Shown here piece after piece: positions 48,742-59,353 of a DNA stretch of 64,000 bases. The first letter of the stretch is position 1, and each line of letters opens with the position of its first letter. The position numbers and the translations under genes are program-made. The notes below the pieces were generated by a model. It saw nothing but the letters and a program-made list of their open reading frames with translations. It had not been told where the DNA came from and searched no databases. The stretch comes from Candidatus Bathyarchaeota archaeon. Lineage in GTDB: Archaea > Thermoproteota > Bathyarchaeia > Bathyarchaeales > Bathycorpusculaceae. The stretch spans positions 128,001 through 192,000 of the forward strand of contig CAVYES010000005.1 of assembly GCA_963767735.1 (NCBI GenBank). The letters run 5' to 3'.

Positions 48742-49101
48742 CTACAAATGCTTGCTTGAAGTATTGTTAAGGTCTTCTAGTATTTTCTGTACCTGTTTCC
48801 TGAACAGAGGTAAGTCTTTTTTAATCGTTTCCCAAACTAAAGGCAGATTCACACCAAAATAAGTATGAATTAATTTATCCCGCATTCCGGCAATATTTTT
48901 CCAATCCATCTCAGGACTTTTTGCCTTCAGCTCACCGCTCAAATTCTTGGTTGCCTCACCAATTATCTCAAGAGCACGCAAAACAGCGTACTGTTTCTCC
49001 TTGTTCCTGAAAAATCCCTCTTCAGATACAGTATGCATGAACTTTTCTATATCTGAAATTGCATCCAAAATATGCTTTAGGTATACTTTATCGTCTTTCA
49101 T
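48742..49101 (-). CDS. HepT/DUF86 HEPN toxin
   Basis: LEIIGEA, GMRDKLIHTY (RX4H). Confidence 0.9.
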   Translation of the reverse strand: MKDDKVYLKHILDAISDIEKFMHTVSEEGFFRNKEKQYAVLRALEIIGEATKNLSGELKAKSPEMDWKNIAGMRDKLIHTYFGVNLPLVWETIKKDLPLFRKQVQKILEDLNNTSSKHL

Positions 49102-49417
49102 AAATTACGCGCATCTCTCCCTTTACATCTTCCACTACGTAAGGGTGTAAACTGCTAAAAATTCCAAGATCCACTTTTCTCTTAAACACCTTACTTAATT
49201 CATCTTCAAGACGAACCAAATCCAAGAGAGTTTTATGTTTGCTTTTATCAAATTCAATTGCAATATCAACGTCGCTTTTCTTGTTTTGTTCGCCTCTAAC
49301 AAAAGACCCAAACACCGCCAAGAAAATAACATCGTTTCTTTTGCAAATCTCTTCTAACTTAACCTCTATGCCCTTCTTTCGCAGAGCTTTTGGCAACTTT
49401 TGAACTTGAATCTCCAT
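49088..49417 (-). CDS. MntA minimal nucleotidyltransferase antitoxin
   Basis: FGSFVRGE..KSDVDI, RKVDL. Confidence 0.9.
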   Translation of the reverse strand: MEIQVQKLPKALRKKGIEVKLEEICKRNDVIFLAVFGSFVRGEQNKKSDVDIAIEFDKSKHKTLLDLVRLEDELSKVFKRKVDLGIFSSLHPYVVEDVKGEMRVIYERR

Positions 49418-49531
49418 AATTCAATATTAGAGAACTATGCAAACTTAAGCCTTTTCTGATTCTGAATGAATTATTTGGATAAAACATTTAGGGTTATTTG
49501 AACAAATATGCTTGAGGTCGGGCGTTTAAAT

Positions 49532-49757
49532 TTGGGTAAGTTTACTTCAATTTCGGTTCCCACTGAAGTTAAAAAACAATTAGAAATTGCTAAGGGCAAT
49601 AAGACTTGGGGTGAATTTCTCCTCGAAACATGCACCGAGTGGCAGCAGCTTAAAGGTGAAAGAGCTTTCAAGGAACTCAAGGCTTCTTTCTGAAGAAGAC
49701 CTGAAAGCAATACACGAATCAAGTGAAGAATTTAGAAAAAATTTTGTTCTCCGATAA
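49532..49757 (+). pseudogene. Frameshifted orphan VapB-like antitoxin
   Basis: FTSISVPTEVKKQLEIAKGNKTWGEFL...ELK, then in another frame RLLSEEDLKAIHESSEEFRKNFVLR*. Confidence 0.6.
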
Positions 49758-49761
49758 TCAC

Positions 49762-50112
49762 TTATTTCTTCTGTTTACTCTGCAAAAGTACATTGAAGAA
49801 GCAGCTGTATTGGCCTGTATGGCATGCGGGACCTGTTTGCTCTACCATGTATAGAAGTGTGTCGTAGTCGCAGTCGGTTGAGACAGAGATGATTTTTTGA
49901 GTGTGCCCTGAAGTTTCGCCTTTGACCCAGAGTTCGTTTCTGCTGCGACTCCAATATGTGCCTTTGCCAGTGCTTAGTGTGTGTTCAATGGCTTGCCTGT
50001 TCGCGTAGGCGAGCATCAGCACTTCTTTGGTTTTTGCGTCTTGTACAACTACGGGGATGAGTCCGTTGCCTTTTTTGAAATCTAAGTTTTCGAGCAGTTC
50101 TGCTGTTGTCAT
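49762..50112 (-). CDS. hisI: Phosphoribosyl-AMP cyclohydrolase
   Basis: [26 protein letters not shown]. Confidence 0.95.
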   Translation of the reverse strand: MTTAELLENLDFKKGNGLIPVVVQDAKTKEVLMLAYANRQAIEHTLSTGKGTYWSRSRNELWVKGETSGHTQKIISVSTDCDYDTLLYMVEQTGPACHTGQYSCFFNVLLQSKQKK

Positions 50113-50912
50113 TGTCTGATAGTCACCCCCATCTTGCGCAGGTAATCTTTCACAACTGGAATTGGGTACTGGTTGTAGTGGAAAATTGAAGCCGCCAACG
50201 CCGCATCTGCCTTACCCTCGGTAAACACTTCAAAGAGGTGCTTTGGCGTTCCAGCGCCGCCGCTTGCGATTATCGGAACGTTAACGCGCTCGGAAATCGT
50301 GCGGGTTAACTCGATGTCGTAGCCGTCTTTTGTGCCATCTCGGTCCATTGAGGTTACAAGGAACTCGCCTGCCCCAAGCTTCTCAGCCTGCAGCGCCCAC
50401 GCTATCGCGTCGATTCCTGTGGGTTTTCTGCCTCCGTAAGTGACCACTTCAAACCAGACTTTGCCTTCTCCAGTCTCAATCATGATTTTGCCTTCGCCAG
50501 GCGTTCGGTTTCTTTTTGCGTCTATGGCGCACACGACGCATTGCCTGCCAAAAACGTCAGCTAATTCCGTGATTACCTTTGGGTTTTCAACCGCCGCCGT
50601 GTTAACTGAAACCTTGTCTGCTCCGCTGCATAGAACCAGCCTTGCATCTGCAACGTTGCGTATTCCGCCGCCGACTGTGAATGGAATGCTGATAGCTTTA
50701 GCTACACCCTCAACAACGCCCCGTAGTATATCCCGCTTCTCGGAGGACGCGGTGATGTCGAGAAAAACCAGTTCATCTGCGCCGTCGTCTGAGTAGCGTT
50801 TCGCCATTTCAACTGGGTCGCCCGCACGTTTGGGATTGAGGAAATTTATGCACTTTACTACTTTCCCATGGTCCACATCGAGGCATGGAATAACACGTTT
50901 TGCGAGTGGCAT
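50109..50912 (-). CDS. hisF: Imidazole glycerol phosphate synthase cyclase subunit
   Basis: [32 protein letters not shown]. Confidence 0.96.
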   Translation of the reverse strand: MPLAKRVIPCLDVDHGKVVKCINFLNPKRAGDPVEMAKRYSDDGADELVFLDITASSEKRDILRGVVEGVAKAISIPFTVGGGIRNVADARLVLCSGADKVSVNTAAVENPKVITELADVFGRQCVVCAIDAKRNRTPGEGKIMIETGEGKVWFEVVTYGGRKPTGIDAIAWALQAEKLGAGEFLVTSMDRDGTKDGYDIELTRTISERVNVPIIASGGAGTPKHLFEVFTEGKADAALAASIFHYNQYPIPVVKDYLRKMGVTIRQ

Positions 50913-50915
50913 CTT

Positions 50916-51641
50916 CTATGCTCCTATCTTTTGTATGGCTTCCTTTAGGGTGAATTTGCCTTCATAAAGTGCTTTGCCGATGACTGCGCCTTCCACACCG
51001 ATTTCTTTGAGAGCCGCTAAATCGGCTATGCTTCCGATTCCGCCTGCCGCAATAATTTTGGCGTTTGGACATAGGGTAGCTTGGCTGAGCGTGTGCAAGT
51101 CTGGACCATTAAGCATGCCATCTTGGGCGATAGAGGTTATAAGAAATTGACGAACGCCAATAGCGGTGTATTTTTCAAGTGCTTCATCTACAGTCATGGC
51201 GGTTGCGGTTTTCCAGCCCTCAACCATGATTTGCCCATCCTTATTGTCTAAGGCAACGATTACTGAGTCGAAGCCAAATTTTCTTTGGATTTTGCCGATG
51301 GCTGAGGGGTCGCTGAATGCTAAGGCGCCGAGGATTACCTGGGTTATGCCTGTTTGGAAGAGTTTTTCTGCTGTTTCATAGCTGCGTATTCCGCCGCCGA
51401 CTTGAATGGGTAATTTGATGTTTTCTGCAACGTCTGCGATGACTGAGTGGTTATTGCCTGTGCCAAAGGCTGCATCCAAATCGATAATGTGCAATTTGCC
51501 AGCGCCCTCGTCCCGCCACCGTTTCGCAGCTTCAACGGGCGTGCCAAATTGGGTTTCATAGAATTTGGCGGTTTTTGCTTCTCCGCGGGATAACCTTACG
51601 ATTTTGCCGTTCATGAGGTCTATGGCTGGGATTAACTGCAT
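50916..51641 (-). CDS. hisA: ProFAR isomerase
   Basis: LIPAIDL..GKIVRL, HIIDLD, QVGGGIR. Confidence 0.95.
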   Translation of the reverse strand: MQLIPAIDLMNGKIVRLSRGEAKTAKFYETQFGTPVEAAKRWRDEGAGKLHIIDLDAAFGTGNNHSVIADVAENIKLPIQVGGGIRSYETAEKLFQTGITQVILGALAFSDPSAIGKIQRKFGFDSVIVALDNKDGQIMVEGWKTATAMTVDEALEKYTAIGVRQFLITSIAQDGMLNGPDLHTLSQATLCPNAKIIAAGGIGSIADLAALKEIGVEGAVIGKALYEGKFTLKEAIQKIGA

Positions 51642-51648
51642 CTTAAAG

Positions 51649-52254
51649 TCACCTAGTCACGATTTTGGCGAAGTTTTTCAGGATTTTTAAGCCTATATCG
51701 CCTGATTTTTCTGGGTGAAACTGTGTGCCGTAGATGTTTTTGCATGCTATTGCCGAGGTGAAGGTTGTGCCGTATTCGGTTTCTGTGCAAACTATCGTTT
51801 TGTCAACGGGCACAGGGTAGAGCGAGTGGACAAAGTAAACGTATGAGTCCTCCGCCACGTCGTCGAAGAGCTCGTTTTGTTTAACGATGCTTAGTGTGTT
51901 CCAACCCATGTGCGGCACCTTAACAGTGCATGGAAGGCGGACCGTTTTGCCCTTGAAGAGTGCTAAGCCGTTTCCTGGTCCTTCTTCACTTTTATCAAAG
52001 AAAAGCTGCAGCCCCAAGCATACACCGAGTAGAGGCGTACCTTCTTGGACCTTTTGTGTGAGAGTTTCTTTGACCGAATTGAGTTTCTCGGCGGCTGGGC
52101 TAAAGGCTCCGACGCCTGGCAAAGCAATCGCGTCTGCCTCTGTTAAGTCTTGGGCTGAAGTGCCTATTGATGCTTCTAAGCCTACTTTTTCCAGCGCGGT
52201 TTTTAGGCTGAGCAGGTTGCCGACGCCGTAGTCGAAGATGACTGCTTTTGGCAT
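51649..52254 (-). CDS. hisH: IGP synthase glutaminase subunit
   Basis: LPGVGAF, GVCLG, PHMGWN, QFHPEKS. Confidence 0.96.
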   Translation of the reverse strand: MPKAVIFDYGVGNLLSLKTALEKVGLEASIGTSAQDLTEADAIALPGVGAFSPAAEKLNSVKETLTQKVQEGTPLLGVCLGLQLFFDKSEEGPGNGLALFKGKTVRLPCTVKVPHMGWNTLSIVKQNELFDDVAEDSYVYFVHSLYPVPVDKTIVCTETEYGTTFTSAIACKNIYGTQFHPEKSGDIGLKILKNFAKIVTR

Positions 52255-52829
52255 TACATGGCTCCTTTTGAGCTTGGCACGCCTTTGCGTCTTGGGTCCA
52301 GGGTGACTGCTTGCCTTAGTGATAAGGCGAGGGCTTTCACTGCCGCTTCTGCCTTGTGGTGGTCGTTGCTGCCGTACTCAACGAAAACGTGGACGTTTGA
52401 CCCAAGCGAGGTGGCGAAGGACTCGAAGAAGTGCACTATGTCTTCGGTGGGCATGTTCTCTACTTTTTTGCCTCTCAGTTTAAGGTCAATTTTGAAATAT
52501 GGGCGTTTCACCAGATCTACGGCTGCAAAGGCTAACGAGCAATCCATCGGGGCAGCTGCGTTGCCGAAGCGTGCAATGCCTTCTCGGGTGCCCAACGCTT
52601 TGTTTAGTGCTTCACCTAAGCCTATGGCTAAATCTTCTACAGAGTGGTGCACCAAATCGCCCTTCACAGAAGCGGTTATGTCGATTAGGCTGTGGGTTGC
52701 TAAGGAAGTTATCATGTGGTCAAGAAAAGGCACGCCTGTGGCTACGCTGACTTTTCCTTCTCCGTCAAGGTTCACTTTTACTTGAACTTCGGTTTCTTTG
52801 GTTTTACGGTAAACTTCTTCGGTTCTCAT
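52254..52829 (-). CDS. hisB: Imidazoleglycerol-phosphate dehydratase
   Basis: RKTKET, FLDHM, HHSVED, NDHHKAEA. Confidence 0.95.
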   Translation of the reverse strand: MRTEEVYRKTKETEVQVKVNLDGEGKVSVATGVPFLDHMITSLATHSLIDITASVKGDLVHHSVEDLAIGLGEALNKALGTREGIARFGNAAAPMDCSLAFAAVDLVKRPYFKIDLKLRGKKVENMPTEDIVHFFESFATSLGSNVHVFVEYGSNDHHKAEAAVKALALSLRQAVTLDPRRKGVPSSKGAM

Positions 52830-52830
52830 C

Positions 52831-53949
52831 TTATTCACCCTGAATCTGCTTTAATGCTTCAACTAGTTTAGCATTCATTTCTGGCAAGCCAACGGTCACG
52901 CGGAAGCAATTTTCGTACTGGAGGATTTTGCCCCATTTCTTGAGCATTATGCCACGTTTCAACAGTTTCTCGTTAACTTCGTCAGCTGGCTTCCTCGTAT
53001 TGACGAGAAGGAAGTTTGCTTGTGAATCAAATGCTTGCACGCCATCTATTTCGTTGAGTTCCTTTATCAATTTTCCTCGTTCACTCTTCACCTGCAATAC
53101 AGAATTCTTCATCAACTCGGTGTTGTCGAGCATCTTAGAACCCATTCTTAAAGTGAAAGAGCTTACTGGATAGGGTAACGGAGCTTTTTCTCTTAAAATT
53201 TTTGCCAACTCGGGATTTGCAACTGCGTAGCCAAGCCTAAGTGCGGCTAAACCGAATGCTTTGGAGAATGTTCTGAGAATAATCATGTTCTGGAACTCGC
53301 TTATTCGCGGCACCAGCGTGTAGTCAGCGAATTCACCATAAGCTTCGTCTAAGATTACAATTCCTGGAAAAGCTTTGGCTATAGTTTCAACGTCTTCCAC
53401 TTTAAACTGAGTGGACGTCGGATTATTAGGTGAACAGATGTAGAGTAATCTGGTTTTGTCTGAAAACTTGGACAGCATCCCTTTAACGTCTAGCTGCAAG
53501 TTGCTTTGAAGCGGCACCAATATGTATTCGCCTTCTTGCCGTTTAACGCAAAGTTTTGGAATACTAAATGTCGGTGCAAACGAAACAGCGGCTTCGCCTT
53601 TCTCAACAAAAAGCCTGATAATTCGGTCGATTAATTCGTCGCTTGCGTTTCCAATTACGATATGATCTTTTGGTGCCCCAATGTAACCTGTTAGCTTTTC
53701 GCGCAATTTGGATTCTTCATCTTCAGGGTACAGTCGCAGGTCAATATCGTCAGCTACCTCTTTAACAAGTTTAACTTGCTTAACTCTTGGCATGAAGAGG
53801 TTCTCGTTGAAATTTAGCTTGATCACTTGTTTTGTAGGGATGCCTATTTGCTTCGCTACCATTTCGGGTGAGGCTCCGGCAGTGTAGCAATCTATCGCCT
53901 GAAGTTTCACAAGTTTTCCGTTTAACCATTTTCTGTATGATGCGCTCAT
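52831..53949 (-). CDS. hisC: Histidinol-phosphate aminotransferase
   Basis: KLNFNEN, CSPNNPT, DEAY, RTFSKAFGLAALRLGY. Confidence 0.95.
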   Translation of the reverse strand: MSASYRKWLNGKLVKLQAIDCYTAGASPEMVAKQIGIPTKQVIKLNFNENLFMPRVKQVKLVKEVADDIDLRLYPEDEESKLREKLTGYIGAPKDHIVIGNASDELIDRIIRLFVEKGEAAVSFAPTFSIPKLCVKRQEGEYILVPLQSNLQLDVKGMLSKFSDKTRLLYICSPNNPTSTQFKVEDVETIAKAFPGIVILDEAYGEFADYTLVPRISEFQNMIILRTFSKAFGLAALRLGYAVANPELAKILREKAPLPYPVSSFTLRMGSKMLDNTELMKNSVLQVKSERGKLIKELNEIDGVQAFDSQANFLLVNTRKPADEVNEKLLKRGIMLKKWGKILQYENCFRVTVGLPEMNAKLVEALKQIQGE

Positions 53950-55244
53950 TTTTCAAACCTTGCCTCTATTGCTTTGTAGTGGTTGGGAAGATTTTCTGCT
54001 TTCGCCATAACTTTGATGGTGTCTTTTGCTCTTTCTAGACCTGTTCTGGAGCTTTCAACTATGTTTACTCGCCTCATAAAATCCAACGCAGATAAGCCTG
54101 AAAATGAATGCGCGAACCCGCCTGTTGGAAGTACATGGTTGGTTCCGCTGCCGTAATCGCTAAGCGCAACTGGACTATATGGACCTAAAAGTATGAGGCC
54201 AGCGGTTAGTTTCTCTGCAATCTCCTGGGGCTTAGCGGTCATGACTTCTAAGTGTTCAGGCGCAAATTGATTAACCAAATTGACCGCCTCATCCATGCTT
54301 TTGCAGACTATTATGAAGCCGTATTTGGATAGTGCCTCTGACACTTTTTCGCACCTTTCCGCCGATGCAGCAACAGTCTCGAGATTTTCTCGCACTTTCT
54401 GGGCAACATTTTCAGAGGTTGTTATAAGTCCAGCAACGCTGTCTCCACCATGCTCAGCTTGCGAAACCATGTCAAAAGCTATGAAGCGTTCATCAGCCGA
54501 CTCATCAGCCAAAACGAGAACTTCGCTTGGGCCAGCCGGCATATCTATTGCCACATCCTTTGAAACCAAAATTTTAGCGGCAGTCACGTATTTGCTTCCT
54601 GGACCCACAATTTTTCGTACAGGCTTTATGGTTTTTGTACCATAAGCTAATGCAGCGATTGCTTGGGCTCCGCCAACCTTGTAAACTTCATCGACCCCGC
54701 AGATGTCTGCAGCGACAAGTACAAGCGGGTTAACTTTGCCCTTTGTGTCTGACGGTGAACAAACAACGATTCTTGGGACGCCCGCAACTTTAGCAGGAAC
54801 CGCAGTCATGATGAGGGTGCTTGGGTAGGCGGCTTGTCCTCCTGGAACGTAGCAGCCGACACTTTCGATGGGACGCAGAACTGTCTGAACCCAAACGCCG
54901 TCGCTCAAAGTTTTGATTTCAGGGGTGAGCATTTGCTTTTGGAAGGCGTTGACTTTTTCTTTCATGAATTTTAAGGCACAGACTTGTTCGAGGCTGCATT
55001 TATTGTAAGCTTCCTTGATTTCTTCTTTCCTGACTTTGAGGTTTCGCAGGGTTAATTCGGTTTTGTCAAATTTTAGGGCAAGCTCAACCAACGCATCATT
55101 GCCTTTATCTTTAACTCGGTCAATGATAGTTTTTACGCTGTTTTCTACTTCTTGAGTTGACTTTTCGTCTGCCTTCTGCCGCATGAACCAGTTTGCAGGG
55201 AGCTCTTCTGATTTGTAGACTTTCACTTTGACTTGCTTTTGCAC
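53946..55244 (-). CDS. hisD: Histidinol dehydrogenase
   Basis: YVPGG, GGAQAIAALAYGT, AGPSE, SQAEH, NHVLPT. Confidence 0.96.
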   Translation of the reverse strand: MQKQVKVKVYKSEELPANWFMRQKADEKSTQEVENSVKTIIDRVKDKGNDALVELALKFDKTELTLRNLKVRKEEIKEAYNKCSLEQVCALKFMKEKVNAFQKQMLTPEIKTLSDGVWVQTVLRPIESVGCYVPGGQAAYPSTLIMTAVPAKVAGVPRIVVCSPSDTKGKVNPLVLVAADICGVDEVYKVGGAQAIAALAYGTKTIKPVRKIVGPGSKYVTAAKILVSKDVAIDMPAGPSEVLVLADESADERFIAFDMVSQAEHGGDSVAGLITTSENVAQKVRENLETVAASAERCEKVSEALSKYGFIIVCKSMDEAVNLVNQFAPEHLEVMTAKPQEIAEKLTAGLILLGPYSPVALSDYGSGTNHVLPTGGFAHSFSGLSALDFMRRVNIVESSRTGLERAKDTIKVMAKAENLPNHYKAIEARFEK

Positions 55245-56221
55245 GGGTTCTCCTCTCTTTTACCAATCTCGTCAAGTGCCAGAACCTGACGAGGTTCATA
55301 AACAACTAAACCCTGAGCTAACTTACGGATTTTTGGCAACAGCTCGATTAAAATGTCTTTCTCGATGACCGTGTTGACGCTGACCCATGCGTCATCTGCC
55401 AACGGCGATATAGTCGGGTTCTTCAACGCTGGTAACTCCGTTAAGAGCTTTTGCAGATTTGACCTTTTAACGTTGACAAATATGTGGATTCTTTTTGAAC
55501 CGTCAACAACTCCTTTGAGCAACGCTAATATGTCGTGGATTTTCTCTCGTTTCTCTGGATCTTCCATTGCCTTTTTGTTGGCGATAAGGATTGCCGAAGA
55601 CTTCAAGACGGTGTCTATGATTTTTAGGTTGTTTGCTTCAATTGTTGTTCCCGTTTCCGTTACATCCATTATGGCGTCGGAGTTTTCCGGCGGTTTCGCC
55701 TCGGTTGCACCGAATGATAAAAAGATTTTGGCTCTTGGGTTATCGCCTTTTTTCCACCAAGGGGTAACAAGCATAGGGTCGGCGTCGCCGAAACGCTTCT
55801 TGTATTGAGGTGTGCTTTTCAGATACTCGGAAGCTATGTTAAGGTATTCGGTGCTGATTCGGAAGTTTTTGCCTTGGCTCCAGATTGATTCCATGAACTC
55901 GCCCATCGTGTAGTTTTCGCAGGTTTTTGGGACGGCTATTACAAGCCTGATTTTTCCGTATTCCAAGTTCTGTAGGATTTCAACATCTGCACGGTTTTCT
56001 TTTACCCAATCTTCGCCTGTGATTCCCAGGTCCTGTAAGCCTTCGCTGACAAAGACGGGGATTTCTTGGGGTCTGAGAACCTTAAGTTCGATTTGGGGGT
56101 CGTTTATGCTTGGGCGATATGTTCGTTCTGTTCCGCCGATTTTAAAGCCTGATTTAGAGAAGAATTCCGCTGTAGCTTTTTCTAGGGAGCCTTTTGGGAT
56201 GGCAAATTTTATTTTATCCAT
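55223..56221 (-). CDS. hisG: ATP phosphoribosyltransferase (long form)
   Basis: AIPKGSL, DLGITGED, GATE, DVTETGTT, C-terminal PTISPL domain. Confidence 0.95.
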   Translation of the reverse strand: MDKIKFAIPKGSLEKATAEFFSKSGFKIGGTERTYRPSINDPQIELKVLRPQEIPVFVSEGLQDLGITGEDWVKENRADVEILQNLEYGKIRLVIAVPKTCENYTMGEFMESIWSQGKNFRISTEYLNIASEYLKSTPQYKKRFGDADPMLVTPWWKKGDNPRAKIFLSFGATEAKPPENSDAIMDVTETGTTIEANNLKIIDTVLKSSAILIANKKAMEDPEKREKIHDILALLKGVVDGSKRIHIFVNVKRSNLQKLLTELPALKNPTISPLADDAWVSVNTVIEKDILIELLPKIRKLAQGLVVYEPRQVLALDEIGKREENPCKSKSK

Positions 56222-56478
56222 AATTTTTCACCTAAATTTTTAGAGAAACCACTGAGGGTTTTTTGTTTTGCTAAAACGGTAATTCGAAGGAACGCGCCTA
56301 ATAACAAGTAGCTTTTCGTTTTGACACTTAGACAGTTTGGATTGCTTTTAATGAACGCAATCGCCTTGTATGAACGCAATCCCTCATCATATACCACTGA
56401 AAGACACCTGAACGCCTGACTTCTTAATAAACTGTTTTCCTAATATTTAACTGTCGGAAAGCTAAAAAGGCGTTAAAC

Positions 56479-57060
56479 TTAAGGTGGCATGCGTTTTTTA
56501 ATTTCAAAAACCAGCGGCGGCGCCGAATTTCGGGTTTCTAACTCTACGCTTAACAGTCCTTCCATGATGCCCTTCCAAATTTCACAATCATTAATAAACG
56601 GGGTTTTCAGGAGCAAAAACTTGTCTTTTAAATAGAAATCTCCGAATCCTTGCACTTTTAGCCGTTCAAAAATCTTTTCCCAGTTTTTCTGTTCGCTTGC
56701 TTCAATTCCTAGCGTTGATTGGATAGAAACTTTTAGTGCATTACCCATCCTTTCACCTGTCTCACGCCAGCTTTCTTTAGGTATCTGCTGAGTCAGTATG
56801 TTGAATAATTCAACATTCACAAGTGCTATGCGGCTTATTCCACAATAGTATTCTCCGGGAAAACGCCAATCATCAATCATCATGCTTTTGTAAATTTCAA
56901 GCATTTTGGAGAAGAGAGGTTTAATTCCAGGCTCTTTCCCATCTTTAATTAATGCTTCAATGAATTCTCTTTCGCCCTTTTCAAGGATAATTGTTGTCCT
57001 TTTTGTTTCTTCACTTTTCTCTTTTGGTAGATCAAGTCTTTTTGGGCGGGTTTCTTGCAT
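56479..57060 (-). CDS. Hypothetical protein (possible N-terminal RHH-like segment)
   Basis: 193-aa ORF; KRTTIILEKGEREFIEALI. Confidence 0.6.
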   Translation of the reverse strand: MQETRPKRLDLPKEKSEETKRTTIILEKGEREFIEALIKDGKEPGIKPLFSKMLEIYKSMMIDDWRFPGEYYCGISRIALVNVELFNILTQQIPKESWRETGERMGNALKVSIQSTLGIEASEQKNWEKIFERLKVQGFGDFYLKDKFLLLKTPFINDCEIWKGIMEGLLSVELETRNSAPPLVFEIKKRMPP

Positions 57061-57239
57061 ACAAACTATTTCTACGTTAATATCTAATATGACTTATGTA
57101 TTCAGAAAGCATATTCGTGGTCAGGTTCTTTTTGGAACTTCAAAGAACAGTTAAATAAAACAGGCTATGTCTCTAGAAGTCGCCGATGAAGAATCTAAAC
57201 TGCTGATTGATGATGCACCCTGGGGTATCTGAGGCAAAC

Positions 57240-57476
57240 TTAGATGGTTATTAGCTTCTTTCTGATAAGGAACACCATGAGCGCCATACCAACTACAAAA
57301 GAGATAATGCCTATGCCTATTGAGACGAAATAGTGTACTTTAGCGACCCGCACCAGGGCGTATGTGCCGTAAGTTGGACCCACGAAGATTAGAAGCATCG
57401 ATACAACTACAAGTGTGATTCTCCAAAATTTCGAGTATATTCCCGTGACGTTAACGTTTTCTTCATTTTCAGTCAT
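57240..57476 (-). CDS. Small 2-TM protein
   Basis: 78 aa, downstream of the PAC2 gene. Confidence 0.6.
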   Translation of the reverse strand: MTENEENVNVTGIYSKFWRITLVVVSMLLIFVGPTYGTYALVRVAKVHYFVSIGIGIISFVVGMALMVFLIRKKLITI

Positions 57477-57488
57477 GTGACACCCAAC

Positions 57489-58160
57489 TTACTGTTCTTC
57501 TGGTGCATTGTTTTCTACTAAACCTTCTTTTATCTCTTTTCCTAAAGCTTTCATCAAAAACTTGAAAACGAGAAATCCAGCTTCGCGGTCTGCTTTAAAA
57601 CCCGTTGTTGTTCCAAGCAAACTTACTCCTTCAAGTTTCCTTTCTTTCGCCATCGCCAATAAAAGACCTGTTCCACCAACGATTCTGCCTTTACTGTAAA
57701 TAACCGCGCCTTTTTCCATAAACTCGGCTGCCAACCTATTTGAGGTAGCGGCGATGTAAACCTGCGCTTTATCTTCACCAATCGGTATCCCGCCCATGGT
57801 TACGATGAAATGGCAACCTAACGTTTCAACAAAATCAAGAACTTCTTCACAAACCTCATAATGAGCAACCACATCATCAAACGACGGCTGAATTTCACCC
57901 GTCATAATAACCAAATTGTTTTTCACCATAGGAGCATAATAAAACTCGTACCTCGGCAAATGAGCTATGCCCTTCGCATTTATAGAAACGTAATCTGGAA
58001 AAGTAGGAGAATACAACTCGGCAAAAGGCTTAGCGTCACAGAACTTGATGAGAAGATGCGCCGCAATTCTACCAACATTCCCAAATCCAGGCAACCCCTG
58101 AATAAAAAACGGGTTCTCAAGAGTCGGGTTTGAAAGCTTGCGCAAATAAGCCTTATCCAT
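57489..58160 (-). CDS. PAC2/proteasome assembly chaperone family protein
   Basis: GLPGFGNVGRIA, TGEIQP, TMGG, IVGGTGLLL. Confidence 0.88.
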   Translation of the reverse strand: MDKAYLRKLSNPTLENPFFIQGLPGFGNVGRIAAHLLIKFCDAKPFAELYSPTFPDYVSINAKGIAHLPRYEFYYAPMVKNNLVIMTGEIQPSFDDVVAHYEVCEEVLDFVETLGCHFIVTMGGIPIGEDKAQVYIAATSNRLAAEFMEKGAVIYSKGRIVGGTGLLLAMAKERKLEGVSLLGTTTGFKADREAGFLVFKFLMKALGKEIKEGLVENNAPEEQ

Positions 58161-58287
58161 CTGTAAACATCCTTCCCCATAGAATATTAGTCGCCACTAA
58201 AATGCTTTGCCACCATAGGAAAAAGAAACTATTAATATTCGACTAAGAACCTAATAGGATGCTAAAACTAAATTATTAGCAGCATTT

Positions 58288-58389
58288 AGCGGGGTGGGGT
58301 AGCCAGGATTAACCCGCTGGGCTCATAACGGCACAATTGTGCTGTGAGACACCCAGAGATCACTAGTTCAAATCTAGTCCCCGCTACCA
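58288..58389 (+). tRNA. Initiator tRNA-Met(CAT) with 23-nt BHB intron (58328-58350); CCA encoded
   Basis: A1-T72, GGG/CCC anticodon stem, CTCA/TGAG helix with TAA and ACA bulges at position 37/38. Confidence 0.93.
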
Positions 58390-58530
58390 ACAATTTTCTT
58401 TTACATTATTCCGTTCAAGTCTGATCTTTCAAGAGAGTCTTTTGCAAGTTTTTCTGATTATGTCTTGCAATTAACGGGAAAAGTTAAGAGAAGCATAAAT
58501 CCATTAACAGCAAAAGAGAGAGGCTTAAAA

Positions 58531-58839
58531 TTGCAAACCAAAACTGAACATCCCTATATCCAAGTTGACTCAAAGATTTGCAATGGTTCCCCCGTGATCG
58601 CAGGTACACGCATAAGGGTTGTTGACATAGCCATCGAGTACGAATACATGAACTGCTCGCCTGATGACATAATTACCGCTCACCCTCATCTAAGACTCGA
58701 GCAAGTGCATGATGTCCTGTCTTATTACTATGAGCATCAACCTGAAATTGATAAGAAAATAAAGGAAGATCAAGATTTCATCGGTAAACTGCGGCAAGCG
58801 CAAAAGGCAGATGACAATTCATCGCTTCAAAAAACCTAA
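58531..58839 (+). CDS. DUF433 antitoxin-like protein
   Basis: ICNGSPVIAGTRIRVVDI...HPHLRLEQVHDVLSYY. Confidence 0.88.
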   Translation: MQTKTEHPYIQVDSKICNGSPVIAGTRIRVVDIAIEYEYMNCSPDDIITAHPHLRLEQVHDVLSYYYEHQPEIDKKIKEDQDFIGKLRQAQKADDNSSLQKT

Positions 58840-58886
58840 ACATTTACGTTGACGAAAGCATCGATGTGCCTATTTGGTTCACCTAG
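58835..58886 (+). pseudogene. 5' remnant of a DUF5615/VapC45-type PIN toxin
   Basis: LNIYVDESIDVPI then stop, at the usual position after DUF433. Confidence 0.5.
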
Positions 58887-58929
58887 AATACCGGGCAGGT
58901 AGGCTGTGAGAGCAAAAGAAGTTCTCTGT

Positions 58930-59343
58930 TTATGGGTTCGTTTGTCTGGTGGCTATAACGAACAGTCCGCCGACGATGCCTAGTAACGCTCCTATGAAGA
59001 AGCCCCCCATGCCTACAAAGCTGACGGCTGAGAACATGATGATAACTGCTGCCCAAATAATGCGTTGTTGCGGGTTAAGTCTCAGATTGATAGAGCTCAT
59101 CACCACGATTACGCCGCAGATCACTGCTAGCAACGAGATTCCTGCTAGAAAACCATCAGAACTGGCGCTGCCCATGAAATTGTGGTATCCACCCATTATT
59201 CCACTTATGAAACTGCCGTATCCGCCAAAGTTTGGAGTGCCTGAACTGTACCAGACCACGTTTATTATGCTGGTCATCAGTACGATTAAGCCTCCAACCA
59301 ACGAGACGATATACGCGAATGTTATTCCCTGATTTGTCGCCAT
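58930..59343 (-). CDS. Membrane protein
   Basis: Four TM segments, MGGFFIGALLGIVGG. Confidence 0.7.
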   Translation of the reverse strand: MATNQGITFAYIVSLVGGLIVLMTSIINVVWYSSGTPNFGGYGSFISGIMGGYHNFMGSASSDGFLAGISLLAVICGVIVVMSSINLRLNPQQRIIWAAVIIMFSAVSFVGMGGFFIGALLGIVGGLFVIATRQTNP

Positions 59344-59353
59344 GATTTTCACC

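Noticed and set aside
56222-56397. Possible His attenuator leader; ATGAACGCAATC repeated at 56351 and 56370
   Set aside because: No His-codon run in the leader frames examined; the repeat may be an operator but has no further support.
58328-58350. tRNA intron as a novelty
   Set aside because: Canonical 37/38 BHB intron, common in archaea.
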